Source: Thermoanaerobaculia bacterium (GTDB lineage: Bacteria; Acidobacteriota; Thermoanaerobaculia; UBA5066). From it: DNA of 64,000 nt. Positions within the stretch are counted from its first letter, which is position 1; every line of letters starts with the position of its first letter. The stretch is from contig CAWFJJ010000029.1 of assembly GCA_963816185.1 (NCBI GenBank), forward strand, positions 96,001 to 160,000, written 5' to 3'. Under the pieces are notes generated by a model. That model searched no databases, was not told the DNA's origin, and saw only the letters and a program-made list of their open reading frames with translations. The translations under genes and the position numbers were made by a program. Positions 43,745 to 54,363 of the stretch are shown in pieces.

Positions 43745-43805
43745 CTCTCTCGCGCGCAGCCGGCCGGCCGCGCGTCACCTTCATCGCCAATCATCACCAA
43801 GAGCC

Positions 43806-45605
43806 ATGACCGATCCCTCGCGTATCCGCAATTTCTCGATCGTCGCCCACATCGACCACGGGAAGACGACGCTTTCCGACCGGATCCTCGAGATCACGGG
43901 CGCGCTTTCCGCACGCGAAATGACCGAGCAGGTGCTCGACGACAACCCGATCGAAAAGGAGCGCGGCATCACGATCAAGGCGCGGTCGGTGACGCTGAAA
44001 TACAAGGCCGAGGACGGAACGGACTACGTCCTGAACCTCATCGACACGCCCGGGCACGTGGACTTCACGTACGAGGTCTCGCGCTCGCTCGCCGCGTGCG
44101 AGGCGGCCGTGCTCGTCGTGGACGCGACGCAGGGCGTCGAGGCGCAGACGCTCGCGAACGCGTACCTCGCGATCCACAACAACCTCACGATCGTCCCGTG
44201 CATCAACAAGGTCGACCTGCCGTCGGCCGTTCCCGAAATGGCGCGCGAGCAGATCGAGGAGATCATCGGAATTCCCGCGCGGCATGCCGTGCTGACGTCG
44301 GGCAAGGTCGGGACGGGCGTGCGCGACCTTCTCGAGGAGATCGTCCACCTGGTGCCGGCTCCGACGGGCGACCCGGACGCTCCGCTCAAGGCTCTGCTCT
44401 TCGATTCGTGGTTCGATCTCTACCGCGGCGTCACGTGCCTCATACGCGTGCGCGAGGGCCGGCTGAAGCCGGGGATGAAGATTCGGATGATGGGTACGGG
44501 TTTCGGAGGAGAGGTCCAGGAGGTCGGGATCTTCACGCCGAAGCCGCAGGTCGTCCCGGAGCTTTCCGTGGGCGAGGTCGGCTACGTCATCGCGGGCATC
44601 AAGGACCTCCACGCGGCGAAGATCGGGGACACCGTCACCGAGGCCGAGCGACCGACGGCCGAGGCCTTTCCCGGCTTCCTGGACGTCAAGCCGATGGTCT
44701 TCGCGTCGATCTTCCCGACGGAGACCGACGCGTACGAAGACCTGAGGGACGCGATGGAGAAGCTCCGCCTCAACGACGCGTCCTTCACGTTCGAGCCGGA
44801 GTCGTCGACGGCGCTCGGCTTCGGCTTTCGGTGCGGCTACCTCGGCCTTCTCCACATGGAGATCGTCCAGGAGCGCCTCGAGCGCGAGTTCAACCTCTCG
44901 CTCGTGACGACGGCGCCCTCGGTGCCTTACAAGGTCAAGACGACGCGCGGGGAGGAGCTCGAGATCTCGAATCCGGTCAAGCTCCCGGAGGTCCAGCTCA
45001 TCGACGAGATCCGCGAGCCGTACATCCTCGCGACGATCATCACGAAGGACGAATTCCTCGGCGGGATCCTGGCCCTGGCCGAGGACCGGCGCGGCACGCA
45101 GGTCTCGCTCGGATACGCCGGTACCCAGCGGGCCGTCGTCAAGTACGAGCTGCCCCTGAACGAGGTCATCCTCGACTTCTACGACAAGCTCAAGTCGCTC
45201 TCGAGGGGTTACGCCTCGTTCGACTACGAGCTCATCGACTACCGTCCCGGCGACCTCGTGAAGCTCGACGTCCTCATCAACGGCGAGCCGGTGGACGCGC
45301 TTGCGTTCATCGTGCACCGCCTCAAGGCGCCGGCGAAGGGACGCTCGCTCGTCGAGAAGATGAAGGAGATGATCCCGCAGCAGATGTTCGAGGTCGTCAT
45401 CCAGGCGGCGATCGGGTCGAAGATCCTCGCGCGCTCCACGGTGAAGGCGCTGCGCAAGAACGTCCTCGCGAAATGCTACGGCGGCGACATCACGCGCAAG
45501 AAGAAGCTCCTTGAGAAGCAGAAGGAAGGCAAGCGGCGCATGAAGAAAGTCGGCCGCGTCGAGCTGCCCCAGGAGGCCTTCCTCGCGGTCCTCAAGGTCG
45601 AATGA
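43806..45605 (+). CDS. lepA: Translation elongation factor 4
   Basis: [31 protein letters not shown]. Confidence 0.98.
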   Translation: MTDPSRIRNFSIVAHIDHGKTTLSDRILEITGALSAREMTEQVLDDNPIEKERGITIKARSVTLKYKAEDGTDYVLNLIDTPGHVDFTYEVSRSLAACEAAVLVVDATQGVEAQTLANAYLAIHNNLTIVPCINKVDLPSAVPEMAREQIEEIIGIPARHAVLTSGKVGTGVRDLLEEIVHLVPAPTGDPDAPLKALLFDSWFDLYRGVTCLIRVREGRLKPGMKIRMMGTGFGGEVQEVGIFTPKPQVVPELSVGEVGYVIAGIKDLHAAKIGDTVTEAERPTAEAFPGFLDVKPMVFASIFPTETDAYEDLRDAMEKLRLNDASFTFEPESSTALGFGFRCGYLGLLHMEIVQERLEREFNLSLVTTAPSVPYKVKTTRGEELEISNPVKLPEVQLIDEIREPYILATIITKDEFLGGILALAEDRRGTQVSLGYAGTQRAVVKYELPLNEVILDFYDKLKSLSRGYASFDYELIDYRPGDLVKLDVLINGEPVDALAFIVHRLKAPAKGRSLVEKMKEMIPQQMFEVVIQAAIGSKILARSTVKALRKNVLAKCYGGDITRKKKLLEKQKEGKRRMKKVGRVELPQEAFLAVLKVE

Positions 45606-46285
45606 TGACGCCTCTCAGGCGTCTCGTGGAGACAGTCGAGGCCGTCCTCGTGGCCGCCGCGCTCGCTCTCACGTTCAAGGGCTTCGTCTTCCAGATCTTC
45701 CACGTGCCGAGCTCTTCGATGGAGGACACGGTCCTCACGGGCGACTACGTGCTCGTGAACAAGTTCGCGTACGGACCTCACCGGGGTCCGTGGGCCCGCC
45801 TTCTGCCGTACCGCGACCTCGCGCGCGGCGACGTGGTCGTCTTCCGGTACCCCCCCGATCCCGACCGCGATCTCATCAAGCGCGCCGTCGCGACGGCCGG
45901 GGATCGGATCGAAGCGGAGGCGAAAGCGGTGCGCGTGAACGGGGTGGAGCTCGTCGAGCCCTACGCCGTTCATCGCGATGCGACGAGTTACGGGTCGGGG
46001 GCGCCGCCGTCCCTCCTCCGGCGCGATCGTTTCGGGCCGCTTGCCGTTCAACCAGGACGCTTCTTCGCGATGGGCGACAATCGCGACGAGTCGCAGGATT
46101 CGCGCTTTTTCGGGCAGGTTCCCCTCGCGCACCTCGAGGGGCGCGCCGTCTCCGTCCTCTGGTCCGTCCGCAAGGGACCGCGCACGTTCACGGGCCGCGG
46201 AGCCGCGCTACGCCGTTTCCTCGATACCGCGCTAAACTTTTTGTCCCGGACACGTTGGGAGAGAAGTTTTCACGTCATTCGTTAG
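45602..46285 (+). CDS. lepB: Signal peptidase I
   Basis: [19 protein letters not shown]. Confidence 0.93.
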   Translation: MMTPLRRLVETVEAVLVAAALALTFKGFVFQIFHVPSSSMEDTVLTGDYVLVNKFAYGPHRGPWARLLPYRDLARGDVVVFRYPPDPDRDLIKRAVATAGDRIEAEAKAVRVNGVELVEPYAVHRDATSYGSGAPPSLLRRDRFGPLAVQPGRFFAMGDNRDESQDSRFFGQVPLAHLEGRAVSVLWSVRKGPRTFTGRGAALRRFLDTALNFLSRTRWERSFHVIR

Positions 46286-46319
46286 GGCGCGGCCCCGGCC
46301 GTGCAAGAAGGAGAACACG

Positions 46320-46688
46320 ATGCGGCGAGCCAGGGGGGGATTCCGGCGAGGAGAGGGGGCCTTCGGGCTCATCGTGGGGCTGGCCGTCTTGTTTGTCGTC
46401 GTCGTCGCGTGTGTGCGCATCCTCCCTCTTCACATCCACGGGAACGAGGTCCTCGACGCGATGAACGAGGCGGCCAACTTCGGCGGCCTGAAAGGTGCCG
46501 ACAAGCTGAAGATGGATATCTACCTGAAGGCGCAGGACGCGAGGGTGCCGTTGAAGATGGATGCCATCCGCATCGACCGCAACGGTTCGTACATCACGAT
46601 CTCGGCCCAATACGAGCAAACGGCGGACATCTTCGGCTACCGGTACGTCTACAAGTTCGACAAGAAGGTGGAGAAGCCGGTCTTTTAG
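46320..46688 (+). CDS. DUF4845-like small membrane-anchored protein
   Basis: Basic N-terminus plus one TM helix; position after lepA-lepB. Confidence 0.55.
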   Translation: MRRARGGFRRGEGAFGLIVGLAVLFVVVVACVRILPLHIHGNEVLDAMNEAANFGGLKGADKLKMDIYLKAQDARVPLKMDAIRIDRNGSYITISAQYEQTADIFGYRYVYKFDKKVEKPVF

Positions 46689-46697
46689 TCTTGCCTC

Positions 46698-47105
46698 ATG
46701 GCGCCGCGAGCCGATGAGAACCCGCCGCCGCTCACCGAGGTCCGGCTGGACGTGTGGCTCGACGTCGCGTGCCTTTTTCCGACGCGGTCCCAGGCCGCGT
46801 CCGCGTGCGCGGGGGGTAAGGTGGACCTGAACGGGCACGCCGGGGCTGCGCACAAGAGGGTCCGGGCCGGGGACCGCCTCGCGATCACGTTTGCGCGCGG
46901 CAAACGCACCTTCATCGTGACGGGGCTTCTCGAAAAGCACGTGAGGAAATCCGACGCGCGTGCTCTCTACGAGGAGACGACGCCCCCTCTTGCGCCCGAG
47001 GTCCTCGAGGCCCGGCGGCTCGAGCGGCTCCTCGCGCCCCGTGGCGGCGGCTCTCGACCGACGAAGAAGGAGCGGCGTCAGCGCGAGAGGGCGCGCGGGT
47101 GGTGA
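46698..47105 (+). CDS. RNA-binding S4-domain protein (Hsp15/HslR-like)
   Basis: VRLDVWL...TRSQA...GKV, LYEETT, RPTKKERR. Confidence 0.88.
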   Translation: MAPRADENPPPLTEVRLDVWLDVACLFPTRSQAASACAGGKVDLNGHAGAAHKRVRAGDRLAITFARGKRTFIVTGLLEKHVRKSDARALYEETTPPLAPEVLEARRLERLLAPRGGGSRPTKKERRQRERARGW

Positions 47106-48085
47106 GGCGCCTTCTACGCCCCAGGCTCTACGAGCTCCTCCTCCTCGCCGACCTCGCGCTCCTCGTTCTTCTCCTTCGGTGGAAAGCGCATTTCGCGCTG
47201 GATGTCGTCGGGACGCTCCTCGACATGCGCGGGTTTCCCGTGTGGGCGGGCCTGTTCGTTGTCGGCGGCGTTCTGCTTCGGGCGCTGCTCGCCTCGCGGC
47301 GAGGGTGGCGGCGCGGGATCGCCCGGCTGCGGGCGCTCCTGAAACCGCGATCCCTCGCCGATCTCATCCGTTTCCTCCTTTTCATGACGCTCGCGTCCTA
47401 CGTTTACAGCTGGCTCAAGGTGACACTTCCCCTGCTTCGGCCCGATGTCCTCTACGACGAGGGCCTGTTCCGCATCGAGACCGCGCTCCACCTCGGCGTG
47501 AACCCCGGGCGTCTCCTGCAGGGTCTCTTCCCGTATCCGACGCTTTGGAAGGCGCTCGATGCGTACTACGGGGCCTTCATCTTCACGGTGCTCGCGGGCG
47601 CCGGCTGGTTCACGGCGACGCTCTCGATACGGGACCGAGCGCGTTTCGCGGCCGGTTTCTCCCTCCTGTGGGTGCTCGGCTCGTGGGCCTACTTCGCGGT
47701 TCCCTCTCTTGGACCGTGCTACGTCCTCAAGGACGACTACAGGGACGTGCGCGCCGCGATGCCGACCCAGTCGGCGGTGATGGATGTCTTGTTCGCGCAC
47801 TATGGCCGGGTCCGCATGCTCCGTAGCCGGCCGGAGGGAACGAACCCCTCTCCTTACCTAGGCGTGGCCGCGATGCCGTCCCTGCACATCGCGGCGCAGG
47901 CGTTTTTCATGCTCTTCGCACGCCGGCGCTCGAGGACGCTCTTCCTTCTCTACGCCGTCCTGACGGCGATCACGTTCTTCACCGCGGTCGTGAGCGGCTG
48001 GCACTACGCGATCGACGGCTATGCGGCCCTCCTCCTCGCCTGGGTCGCATTCGCAGCTGGAAGCCGGAGCATCCCTTCCGCGTAA
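47099..48085 (+). CDS. PAP2-superfamily membrane protein (Aur1/Ipt1-like)
   Basis: Multiple TM helices, PSLGP, AAMPSLH, GWHYAID. Confidence 0.8.
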   Translation: MVRRLLRPRLYELLLLADLALLVLLLRWKAHFALDVVGTLLDMRGFPVWAGLFVVGGVLLRALLASRRGWRRGIARLRALLKPRSLADLIRFLLFMTLASYVYSWLKVTLPLLRPDVLYDEGLFRIETALHLGVNPGRLLQGLFPYPTLWKALDAYYGAFIFTVLAGAGWFTATLSIRDRARFAAGFSLLWVLGSWAYFAVPSLGPCYVLKDDYRDVRAAMPTQSAVMDVLFAHYGRVRMLRSRPEGTNPSPYLGVAAMPSLHIAAQAFFMLFARRRSRTLFLLYAVLTAITFFTAVVSGWHYAIDGYAALLLAWVAFAAGSRSIPSA

Positions 48086-48095
48086 CATGCCGCCG

Positions 48096-49286
48096 ATGCG
48101 GGTGCTTCTCTTCACCGGCAAAGGCGGCGTCGGCAAGACGACGGTCGCCGCGGCGACGGGCCTCATGCTCGCGGCCCGCGGTCAGAAGACGCTCGTCATG
48201 TCCGTGGACGCGGCGCATTCCCTCGCGGACGCGTTCGACCGCGACGTCGCGCTCACGGACCACGCCCACGGCACGGCCGTCGCGGTCGGCGACAACCTGT
48301 GGATCCAGGAAGTCGACGTCACCGAGGAGATCGGCCGCCATTGGAAGGACATCGCGGGCTACATCACGGGGCTCCTCGCCGTCACGGGCGTCGAGGAGGT
48401 CCTCGCCGAGGAGCTCGCGATCTTTCCGGGCATGGAGGAGGTTTCGGCGCTCCTCTACGTAAACCAGTACGCGCGCGAGAAAGCCTTCGACGTCCTGATC
48501 CTCGACTGCGCGCCGACCGGCGAGTCTCTGAGGTTCGTGTCCCTTCCGCCGACGCTCGACTGGTACATGGCGAAGCTGTTTCGGATCCAGCGCAACATCC
48601 TGAGAGTCGCGCGGCCCGTCGCGCGGAAGGTCGCGGATGTGCCCCTGCCGCCGGACCGCTACTTCGACAACGTACAAGCGCTCGCGCAGAAGCTCGAAGG
48701 CGTCGACGCCCTCCTCAAGGATCCCAAGACGACGACCGTGCGGCTCGTGACGAACGCCGAGAAGATCGTCATGAGGGAGACGCAGAGGGCCTTCATGTAT
48801 TTCGGACTCTACGGCTTTACGGTCGACGCCGTGGTCGTGAACCGGCTTCTGCCGGACGGCGTCCAGGACCCCTTCTTCTCGAAATGGCGGAGAACCCAGG
48901 GCATGTTCCTCGAGGAAGCGCGGAGCTATTTCGACCCCGTCCCGGTCTTCACGCTGCCGCTCAGGGACGATCAGGTCCTCGGCGCGGTGGCTCTCCTCGA
49001 GCTCGGACGGGAGCTGTGGGGCGAGAAGGATCCCGCCGCCTCCTTCCGCTCGGATCCTCCGTATCGATACTCGAAGCGAAACGGAAAATACGTTCTCACG
49101 CTCGACCTTCCGTTCGTCGACCGGCGCGAAGTCGACCTTGCGATGGCGTCGGGAGACCTCGTCGTGCGCATCGGCAACGTGCGCCATCACATTCCCGTCC
49201 CCCGGATGCTCGCGGGCCTGTCGCCGTCCGGCGCGAAAGTCGAGGACGGCAAGCTCACGGTGCGTTTCGCGCGCGCGGAACAGTAG
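48096..49286 (+). CDS. ArsA/GET3-family ATPase with C-terminal HSP20-like domain (Get3d-like)
   Basis: GKGGVGKTT, SVDAAHSLAD, FPGMEE, DCAPTGE; C-terminal beta domain ending GKLTVRF; alternative start 48087. Confidence 0.88.
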   Translation: MRVLLFTGKGGVGKTTVAAATGLMLAARGQKTLVMSVDAAHSLADAFDRDVALTDHAHGTAVAVGDNLWIQEVDVTEEIGRHWKDIAGYITGLLAVTGVEEVLAEELAIFPGMEEVSALLYVNQYAREKAFDVLILDCAPTGESLRFVSLPPTLDWYMAKLFRIQRNILRVARPVARKVADVPLPPDRYFDNVQALAQKLEGVDALLKDPKTTTVRLVTNAEKIVMRETQRAFMYFGLYGFTVDAVVVNRLLPDGVQDPFFSKWRRTQGMFLEEARSYFDPVPVFTLPLRDDQVLGAVALLELGRELWGEKDPAASFRSDPPYRYSKRNGKYVLTLDLPFVDRREVDLAMASGDLVVRIGNVRHHIPVPRMLAGLSPSGAKVEDGKLTVRFARAEQ

Positions 49287-49343
49287 ACCGAGGAACGGAA
49301 GAGGGATCCGAAGATTTCTGCCTAGAAAGGGACGAGGCGCCGC

Positions 49344-49769
49344 ATGCGCAGAAGAAGCAGCGATCCCACGAGGGCGAGCGGTACGCGCCGCGTCCGGAAG
49401 GTTCCGCCGTCGGGCGCGGGCGCGTCCGGGTCATCCACCTTCGAAGAAAACTTCGGACCCGGCCTGAAGGAAGAGTCGTCGGCTCGAGACGCTGGCTCGC
49501 ACCGGCGTCCTCCCCGGCCCGGGCCGTTCCCCGGCCTCGCGTGCGCGGGCGAAAACTGTCTCCTCAAGCCCGCCGCCGACCTGCTTGAAAAGTTCGCGCT
49601 CGGCCTTGGCAGGCGCGGCCACGGCGTGTCGCTATCCCGCGCTGCGCTCTCGGGCATCGGGTTCATGAAGGCGCTCCGCGACTTTCTCGACGAGGAGATC
49701 GCGCTCGCCGAGCGGGCCGCCGCCGGCGGCGGAGCACGCCCGCGCTACGAGAAGATCGAGGTCGAGTGA
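49344..49769 (+). CDS. Hypothetical protein ending KIEVE (start uncertain)
   Basis: Co-oriented ORF after the ATPase; helical FMKALRDFLDEEIALAE; stop overlaps next start. Confidence 0.5.
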   Translation: MRRRSSDPTRASGTRRVRKVPPSGAGASGSSTFEENFGPGLKEESSARDAGSHRRPPRPGPFPGLACAGENCLLKPAADLLEKFALGLGRRGHGVSLSRAALSGIGFMKALRDFLDEEIALAERAAAGGGARPRYEKIEVE

Positions 49770-50179
49770 TGCGGGCTCACCCGGCGCGCCTTCTCTCGTG
49801 CCTTTCGGCTGCGACCCTCGCCCTCTTTCTCTCGGCGTGTCCTTCCAAGGACGACATGACCGGGCCGAACGGGCTGGCGAGCCCGACCCCGACGCCGGCG
49901 AATACTCCCGTGACGACGCCACCGCCGTTCGGAACTCCTCCCGGCACGACGCCGACCCCGACCGCCGTCTTCACCGGAACGCCGCCCACCCGGACTCCGA
50001 CACTCGGCCTCGGGTCGACCCCCGCGACGTTCACGCCCACGGCGGCGCCCCCGACGCCGACGCCCGGGGCGGGAACGCCGACCGTCACGCCCGTCCCGCC
50101 GAGCCCGACGGCGACGCCCTTCGCGGGCACGCCCACGCCGACTCCGTTCGGTGGTGTCCCGACGCCGACACCCACCTGA
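49766..50179 (+). CDS. Pro/Thr-rich lipoprotein
   Basis: Lipobox LSAC then ~100 residues of PT repeats. Confidence 0.7.
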   Translation: MMRAHPARLLSCLSAATLALFLSACPSKDDMTGPNGLASPTPTPANTPVTTPPPFGTPPGTTPTPTAVFTGTPPTRTPTLGLGSTPATFTPTAAPPTPTPGAGTPTVTPVPPSPTATPFAGTPTPTPFGGVPTPTPT

Positions 50180-50190
50180 AATGCCCGGAC

Positions 50191-50913
50191 TCAGAGCGCG
50201 GCGGCGATCTCGGCCACGATTGCGCGCGCGGCCGCAGCAGGATCCGACGCGCCGGTGATCGGGCGGCCGACGACCAGGAGGTCCGCGCCGGCGCGGATCG
50301 CGTCGGTGGGCGTGGCGACGCGCCGCTGATCGCCCGCGGCCCCGCCCCGGGGCCTGACACCCGGCACGACGAGGAGAAAGCCTCCTCCACACGCGGCGCG
50401 GATCGTCTCGATCTCCTCAGGCGAACAGACGACGCCGTCCAAACCCGCTTCCTTCGCGAGGAGCGCGAGGCGCCGCGCGGCCTCGCGCGGCGTCCCCTCG
50501 AGGCCGACGGCCCGAACGGCCGCCGCGTCCAGAGACGTCAAGATCGTCACGGCGACGAGCTTCGGCGCCGGACGGCCCGCCTTCGCGGCGGCGGCGCGGG
50601 CCCCTTCGCCGAACGCCCTCATCATCTCCGTGCCACCCGAGGCGTGACAATTCACGATCGAGGCGCCCGTCCCGACCGCGGCGGCCGCCGCCCGAGAGAC
50701 CGTGTTCGGAATGTCGTGGAGCTTGAGGTCGAGGAATACGCGCGCCTCCGACTCCGCGAGCGTGCGGACGAGCGCGGGGCCTTCGGCCACGAAGGCCTCG
50801 AGGCCCAGCTTCAGGATCCCGGCTTCGGGCGCGACACGGCGCGCCATGGCGAGCAGCGCCGCGCGGTCCGGCAGGTCCAGCGCGACGGCGAGGCGTGCGC
50901 GGGCGTCCGTCAT
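50191..50913 (-). CDS. pyrF: Orotidine-5'-phosphate decarboxylase
   Basis: [38 protein letters not shown]. Confidence 0.96.
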   Translation of the reverse strand: MTDARARLAVALDLPDRAALLAMARRVAPEAGILKLGLEAFVAEGPALVRTLAESEARVFLDLKLHDIPNTVSRAAAAAVGTGASIVNCHASGGTEMMRAFGEGARAAAAKAGRPAPKLVAVTILTSLDAAAVRAVGLEGTPREAARRLALLAKEAGLDGVVCSPEEIETIRAACGGGFLLVVPGVRPRGGAAGDQRRVATPTDAIRAGADLLVVGRPITGASDPAAAARAIVAEIAAAL

Positions 50914-51854
50914 GCGAACGAGTGGTCCGGTCTCGGGCGCGTCCGGAGCGTGCCGACGAGGTCGGAGACACGGGTCACGCCGTGGCTCTCGCACCAACCA
51001 GCGAGCTCCCCGACGAGCCGGCCCGCAAGCGAGGGGTCCCGGAAGTTCGCGGTGCCGATCTGGACGGCGTTCGCGCCCGCGACCAGGAACTCGACGACGT
51101 TCTCGACGGTCTCGATCCCGCCCATGCCGAAGATCGGGATCTTCGGAAGCGCCGTCCTGACTTCCCACACCATCCTGAGCGCGATCGGGCGGATCGCGGG
51201 CCCCGAGAGCCCGCCGGTCGTGAAGCCGATCTTCGGCTCGCGGCGCGTGAGGTCGATCGCGAGGCCCACGATCGTGTTGATGAGCGAAAGCGCATCGGCG
51301 CCTGCATCCACGGCCGCCCGGGCGGACGCGACGACGTCGGTCACGTTCGGCGAGAGCTTCACGATGAGCGGATGCCGCGTGGCGGAACGGATTCTCTTCA
51401 CGAGGGCTGCGAGCGCCTCGGGATTGTTCCCGAAGATCATGCCGCCCCGGATGACGTTCGGACAGGAGACGTTCACCTCGATCGCGGCCACCCGTCGCTC
51501 GTTGCCGATGCGCTCCACGACCGCGACGTAATCCTCTTCGGTGTCGCCCCACACGTTCGCGATCACGGTCGCGCCGAGGCGTGCGAGCTCGGGCAGCTTC
51601 TCTTTGAGAAACGCGTCGACGCCCACGTTCTGAAGCCCGATCGCGTTCAGCATCCCCGCGTCCGTCTCGCAGATGCGCGGCGGCGGATTGCCCCGGCACT
51701 CCCTCAGCGAGAGGCCCTTCACCGAGATCGCGCCGAGGGAGGCGAGGTCGAGATAGTCGGTGAACTCGAGGCCGTAGCCGAACGTGCCGGACGCCGTCGC
51801 GATCGGATTCTTGAGGCGAAGCCGGCCGAACGCCGTGGAAAGGTCGACGCTCAT
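50910..51854 (-). CDS. pyrD: Dihydroorotate dehydrogenase (family 1B) catalytic subunit
   Basis: [37 protein letters not shown]. Confidence 0.95.
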   Translation of the reverse strand: MSVDLSTAFGRLRLKNPIATASGTFGYGLEFTDYLDLASLGAISVKGLSLRECRGNPPPRICETDAGMLNAIGLQNVGVDAFLKEKLPELARLGATVIANVWGDTEEDYVAVVERIGNERRVAAIEVNVSCPNVIRGGMIFGNNPEALAALVKRIRSATRHPLIVKLSPNVTDVVASARAAVDAGADALSLINTIVGLAIDLTRREPKIGFTTGGLSGPAIRPIALRMVWEVRTALPKIPIFGMGGIETVENVVEFLVAGANAVQIGTANFRDPSLAGRLVGELAGWCESHGVTRVSDLVGTLRTRPRPDHSFA

Positions 51855-51858
51855 GGCG

Positions 51859-52665
51859 TCAGAGGCGCTCCCAGTCGATCGCCGTCGGCGACACGCAGGG
51901 TCCTTCCTTGCAGATCGTCGCGAAACGGCCGTCCGTCATCGGGACGACGCAACCGAGGCAGACGCCGAACCCGCATGCCATCTCGGACTCCATCGCGAAC
52001 GACGCTTCGAGGTTCGCGTCCGCGACGAGCGTGGCGAGCGCGCGGAACATGGGCAAGGGTCCGCAGGCATAGACCCTGCGGTAGCGCACGCCGCCCCGGA
52101 GCGCATGAGCGAGCAGCTCGGTCACGCGGCCTTTCCTTCCGAGCGAGCCGTCGTCCGTGGCGTATCGGCAGCGGTGCGGACCGAGGAAGCGTTCGAAGTC
52201 TCCGCGCTTCAGGACGTCTTTCTCGTTTTGGCCCCCGTAGAAGAGATCCGCCCCGATGCCGCGTGCGGCGAGCGTTCGGGCGAGGAGGACGAGAGGAGCG
52301 AGGCCGATTCCACCGGCGACGAGCGCAACACGGTCAGAATGGAGCAGGTCGTCGATCGGGAACGGCACACCCAAGGGACCGAGGACGGGAAGCGGAGTCC
52401 CCTCGGCGAAGCGCCCGAGCGCCGTCGTTCCGACCCCCGCGATCTTGACGACGAACTCCAGCGCGGGAACGCCCGTCAGCGTCGTCACGTCCGCAATGGA
52501 GAACGCGCGGCGGAGGTACGGACGGAGCCCCTCGCCGGCCTGGATCATGGCGAAGTGGCCCGGCTTCGTTCGGGCGCCGATCGTGCCGGCCGAGAGAAAA
52601 AGGGAATAGTGCTGTTCGTCGTAGCGGAGCGTCTTGAGGACGCGGAGCGATTCGTTGACGGCCAT
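51859..52665 (-). CDS. pyrK: Dihydroorotate dehydrogenase electron transfer subunit
   Basis: RRAFSI, GPLG, AGGIGLAP, ACGP, MACGFGVCLGC, CKEGP. Confidence 0.93.
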   Translation of the reverse strand: MAVNESLRVLKTLRYDEQHYSLFLSAGTIGARTKPGHFAMIQAGEGLRPYLRRAFSIADVTTLTGVPALEFVVKIAGVGTTALGRFAEGTPLPVLGPLGVPFPIDDLLHSDRVALVAGGIGLAPLVLLARTLAARGIGADLFYGGQNEKDVLKRGDFERFLGPHRCRYATDDGSLGRKGRVTELLAHALRGGVRYRRVYACGPLPMFRALATLVADANLEASFAMESEMACGFGVCLGCVVPMTDGRFATICKEGPCVSPTAIDWERL

Positions 52666-52698
52666 CAGGAAGGAGGCGAGACTCGCCGGGCGCGGATT

Positions 52699-54363
52699 AT
52701 GAGCGAGGGACGACCTGCGTACCACCTTCCTCTTGCGGGTGCGCTCGCGGGCCTCGCGGTCGGCGATCTGCTGCTCGGCCTCAATCCGGAGCTCCTGGGC
52801 GTTCTTTCGGCGGCGCGGCTCCTTCTCGTCGCCGCTGCGTTCGGAGTCGCCGTCTTTTCGCCGCTCTTTCTCGTGCCGCGTGCACGACGCGCTTCGCGCG
52901 CCGCCGCCGCGTGGAGCGCCGGCCTCCTCGCCGTGTACGGCCTATTCGTCGAGTTCCAGAGGCAGGCGCTCCACGACTTCGTACCCTCGGGAGCCCGGCG
53001 CGTCCTCGTCGCGACGGCGATGGCAGCGGTTCTCTCGGCTGCGGTCCTCGGAGCGCGCGCCAGGCGCGGAGGACCCTCCGCCCAGACGCTCTCGATCCCG
53101 ATCCTCCTGTTCGTCCTGCCGCCTCTCGTGGGCCGGCGCGTTCCGGAGCGGCCCTCCCCGGCAGCATCCCCGGCACCCTTGCGCGCGCCTCGCGGGAGTC
53201 TTCTCGTCGTCGGGCTCGAGGGAGCCTCCTGGGACCTTCTCACCACGTACGCCTCCGAAGGCGCGATGCCGGTCGTCGCGCGGCTCTTGCGCGAAGGAGC
53301 CGCGGGACCGCTCACGGCGCTCGCCCCGTACGATCGCGCCGCCCTCTGGACGACGGCCGCAACGGGCAAGCGGCCGCTCAAGCATGCCGTGGTCTCGTCG
53401 CGCCGGTGGGAGACCCCAGCGGGAGCTCTCCGGCTTCTGCCGGTCCTGCCAGGCTTGCCCGTGCCCGGCGGCGGCCGCGCCCGCGCCGACGCGGCAGGGG
53501 GCCGCCGCAGCCTGACGTTCTGGGAGATCCTCGCGTCTCGCGGTCACGAGGCGGCCGTTCTCGGGTGGCCCGCGTCGTCTCCGGCGCGCGACGGGCTCGT
53601 CCTGTGGGCAAGCGACGCTTTTTTCGACGGGGACACGGGCGCCTCGGCGGCACGCCCCGCCGAGGCTGCCGCGCGAGCTCGTCTCTTCCGGGTGCCGCCG
53701 GACGGCCTCGACCGCCCGCTTGCTCGCTCGCTCGTGCCGCACGGCCTCGCCGCCGGCGAGGCCCGGATCGATCCGCTGCGCGGAGCGGCGCGTGATCTGA
53801 CGGTGGCGGGAGCGGCGCTCGCGGCCTTGCCGTCGGGACCTCTCAACGTCTCGGCGCTCGTCCTCTCCGGGCTCGTCGACGCGGGCGCGCTCTCCGGCGC
53901 CGCGGAGAACTCCCGTTACTGGGGGCTTTCCTTTCCGGAAAAGGAGGCCGAGGCGCGGGCCGCGGCGTTACGCGCCTACTACCGTTTTCTCGACGATCTT
54001 CTCGGCGAGATTCTCGAGCGGGAAGGCCGGGAGCGCACGATCTGCCTGTTTGCGCCCGTGGGATGGGGGCCTCCGCCCACGCTCGAGGCCATCTCGCTTT
54101 TCTTGCGCGGGCAAAGGCCCGTGGCGAGCGCCGATGCGGCCCGGGACGGCTTCGTGCTCTTCGCCGGAGCCGGTGTGAGGTCGGGCGTTCGCCTCACGTC
54201 CGCGAACGTCCTCGACCTCGCGCCGACGCTGCTCGTCCTCGCCGGCGAGCCCGTCGCCCGTGACATGGACGGACGCGTCCTCGCCGAGGTGTTCGACGAG
54301 CGGTTCACGGAGTCGGCGAGCGTTCCGATCGTGTCGACGTTCGAGGCGTCCGGGCCGCAATGA
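52699..54363 (+). CDS. Membrane-anchored alkaline-phosphatase/nucleotide-pyrophosphatase-fold protein with degenerate active site
   Basis: N-terminal TM helices, VVGLEGASW, WTTAATGKRP.KH, DLAPTLL..G.PVARDMDGRVL; start set at ATG 52699. Confidence 0.75.
   Translation: MSEGRPAYHLPLAGALAGLAVGDLLLGLNPELLGVLSAARLLLVAAAFGVAVFSPLFLVPRARRASRAAAAWSAGLLAVYGLFVEFQRQALHDFVPSGARRVLVATAMAAVLSAAVLGARARRGGPSAQTLSIPILLFVLPPLVGRRVPERPSPAASPAPLRAPRGSLLVVGLEGASWDLLTTYASEGAMPVVARLLREGAAGPLTALAPYDRAALWTTAATGKRPLKHAVVSSRRWETPAGALRLLPVLPGLPVPGGGRARADAAGGRRSLTFWEILASRGHEAAVLGWPASSPARDGLVLWASDAFFDGDTGASAARPAEAAARARLFRVPPDGLDRPLARSLVPHGLAAGEARIDPLRGAARDLTVAGAALAALPSGPLNVSALVLSGLVDAGALSGAAENSRYWGLSFPEKEAEARAAALRAYYRFLDDLLGEILEREGRERTICLFAPVGWGPPPTLEAISLFLRGQRPVASADAARDGFVLFAGAGVRSGVRLTSANVLDLAPTLLVLAGEPVARDMDGRVLAEVFDERFTESASVPIVSTFEASGPQ
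54294..54357 (+). repeat. 64-bp degenerate direct repeat, copy A
   Basis: 54/64 identical to 56224-56287, first 21 bp identical. Confidence 0.85.

Noticed and set aside
48096-49286. Arsenite-efflux ATPase ArsA
   Set aside because: Single ATPase domain with HSP20-like tail, and no arsB/acr3/arsD/arsR nearby
49860-50179. CRISPR array or tandem DNA repeat
   Set aside because: Repetitiveness comes from Pro/Thr codons; no constant repeat-spacer period and no cas genes
51784-52698. 859-aa ORF as one fusion protein
   Set aside because: Its first 305 codons lie antisense to pyrK/pyrD; the plausible start is ATG 52699
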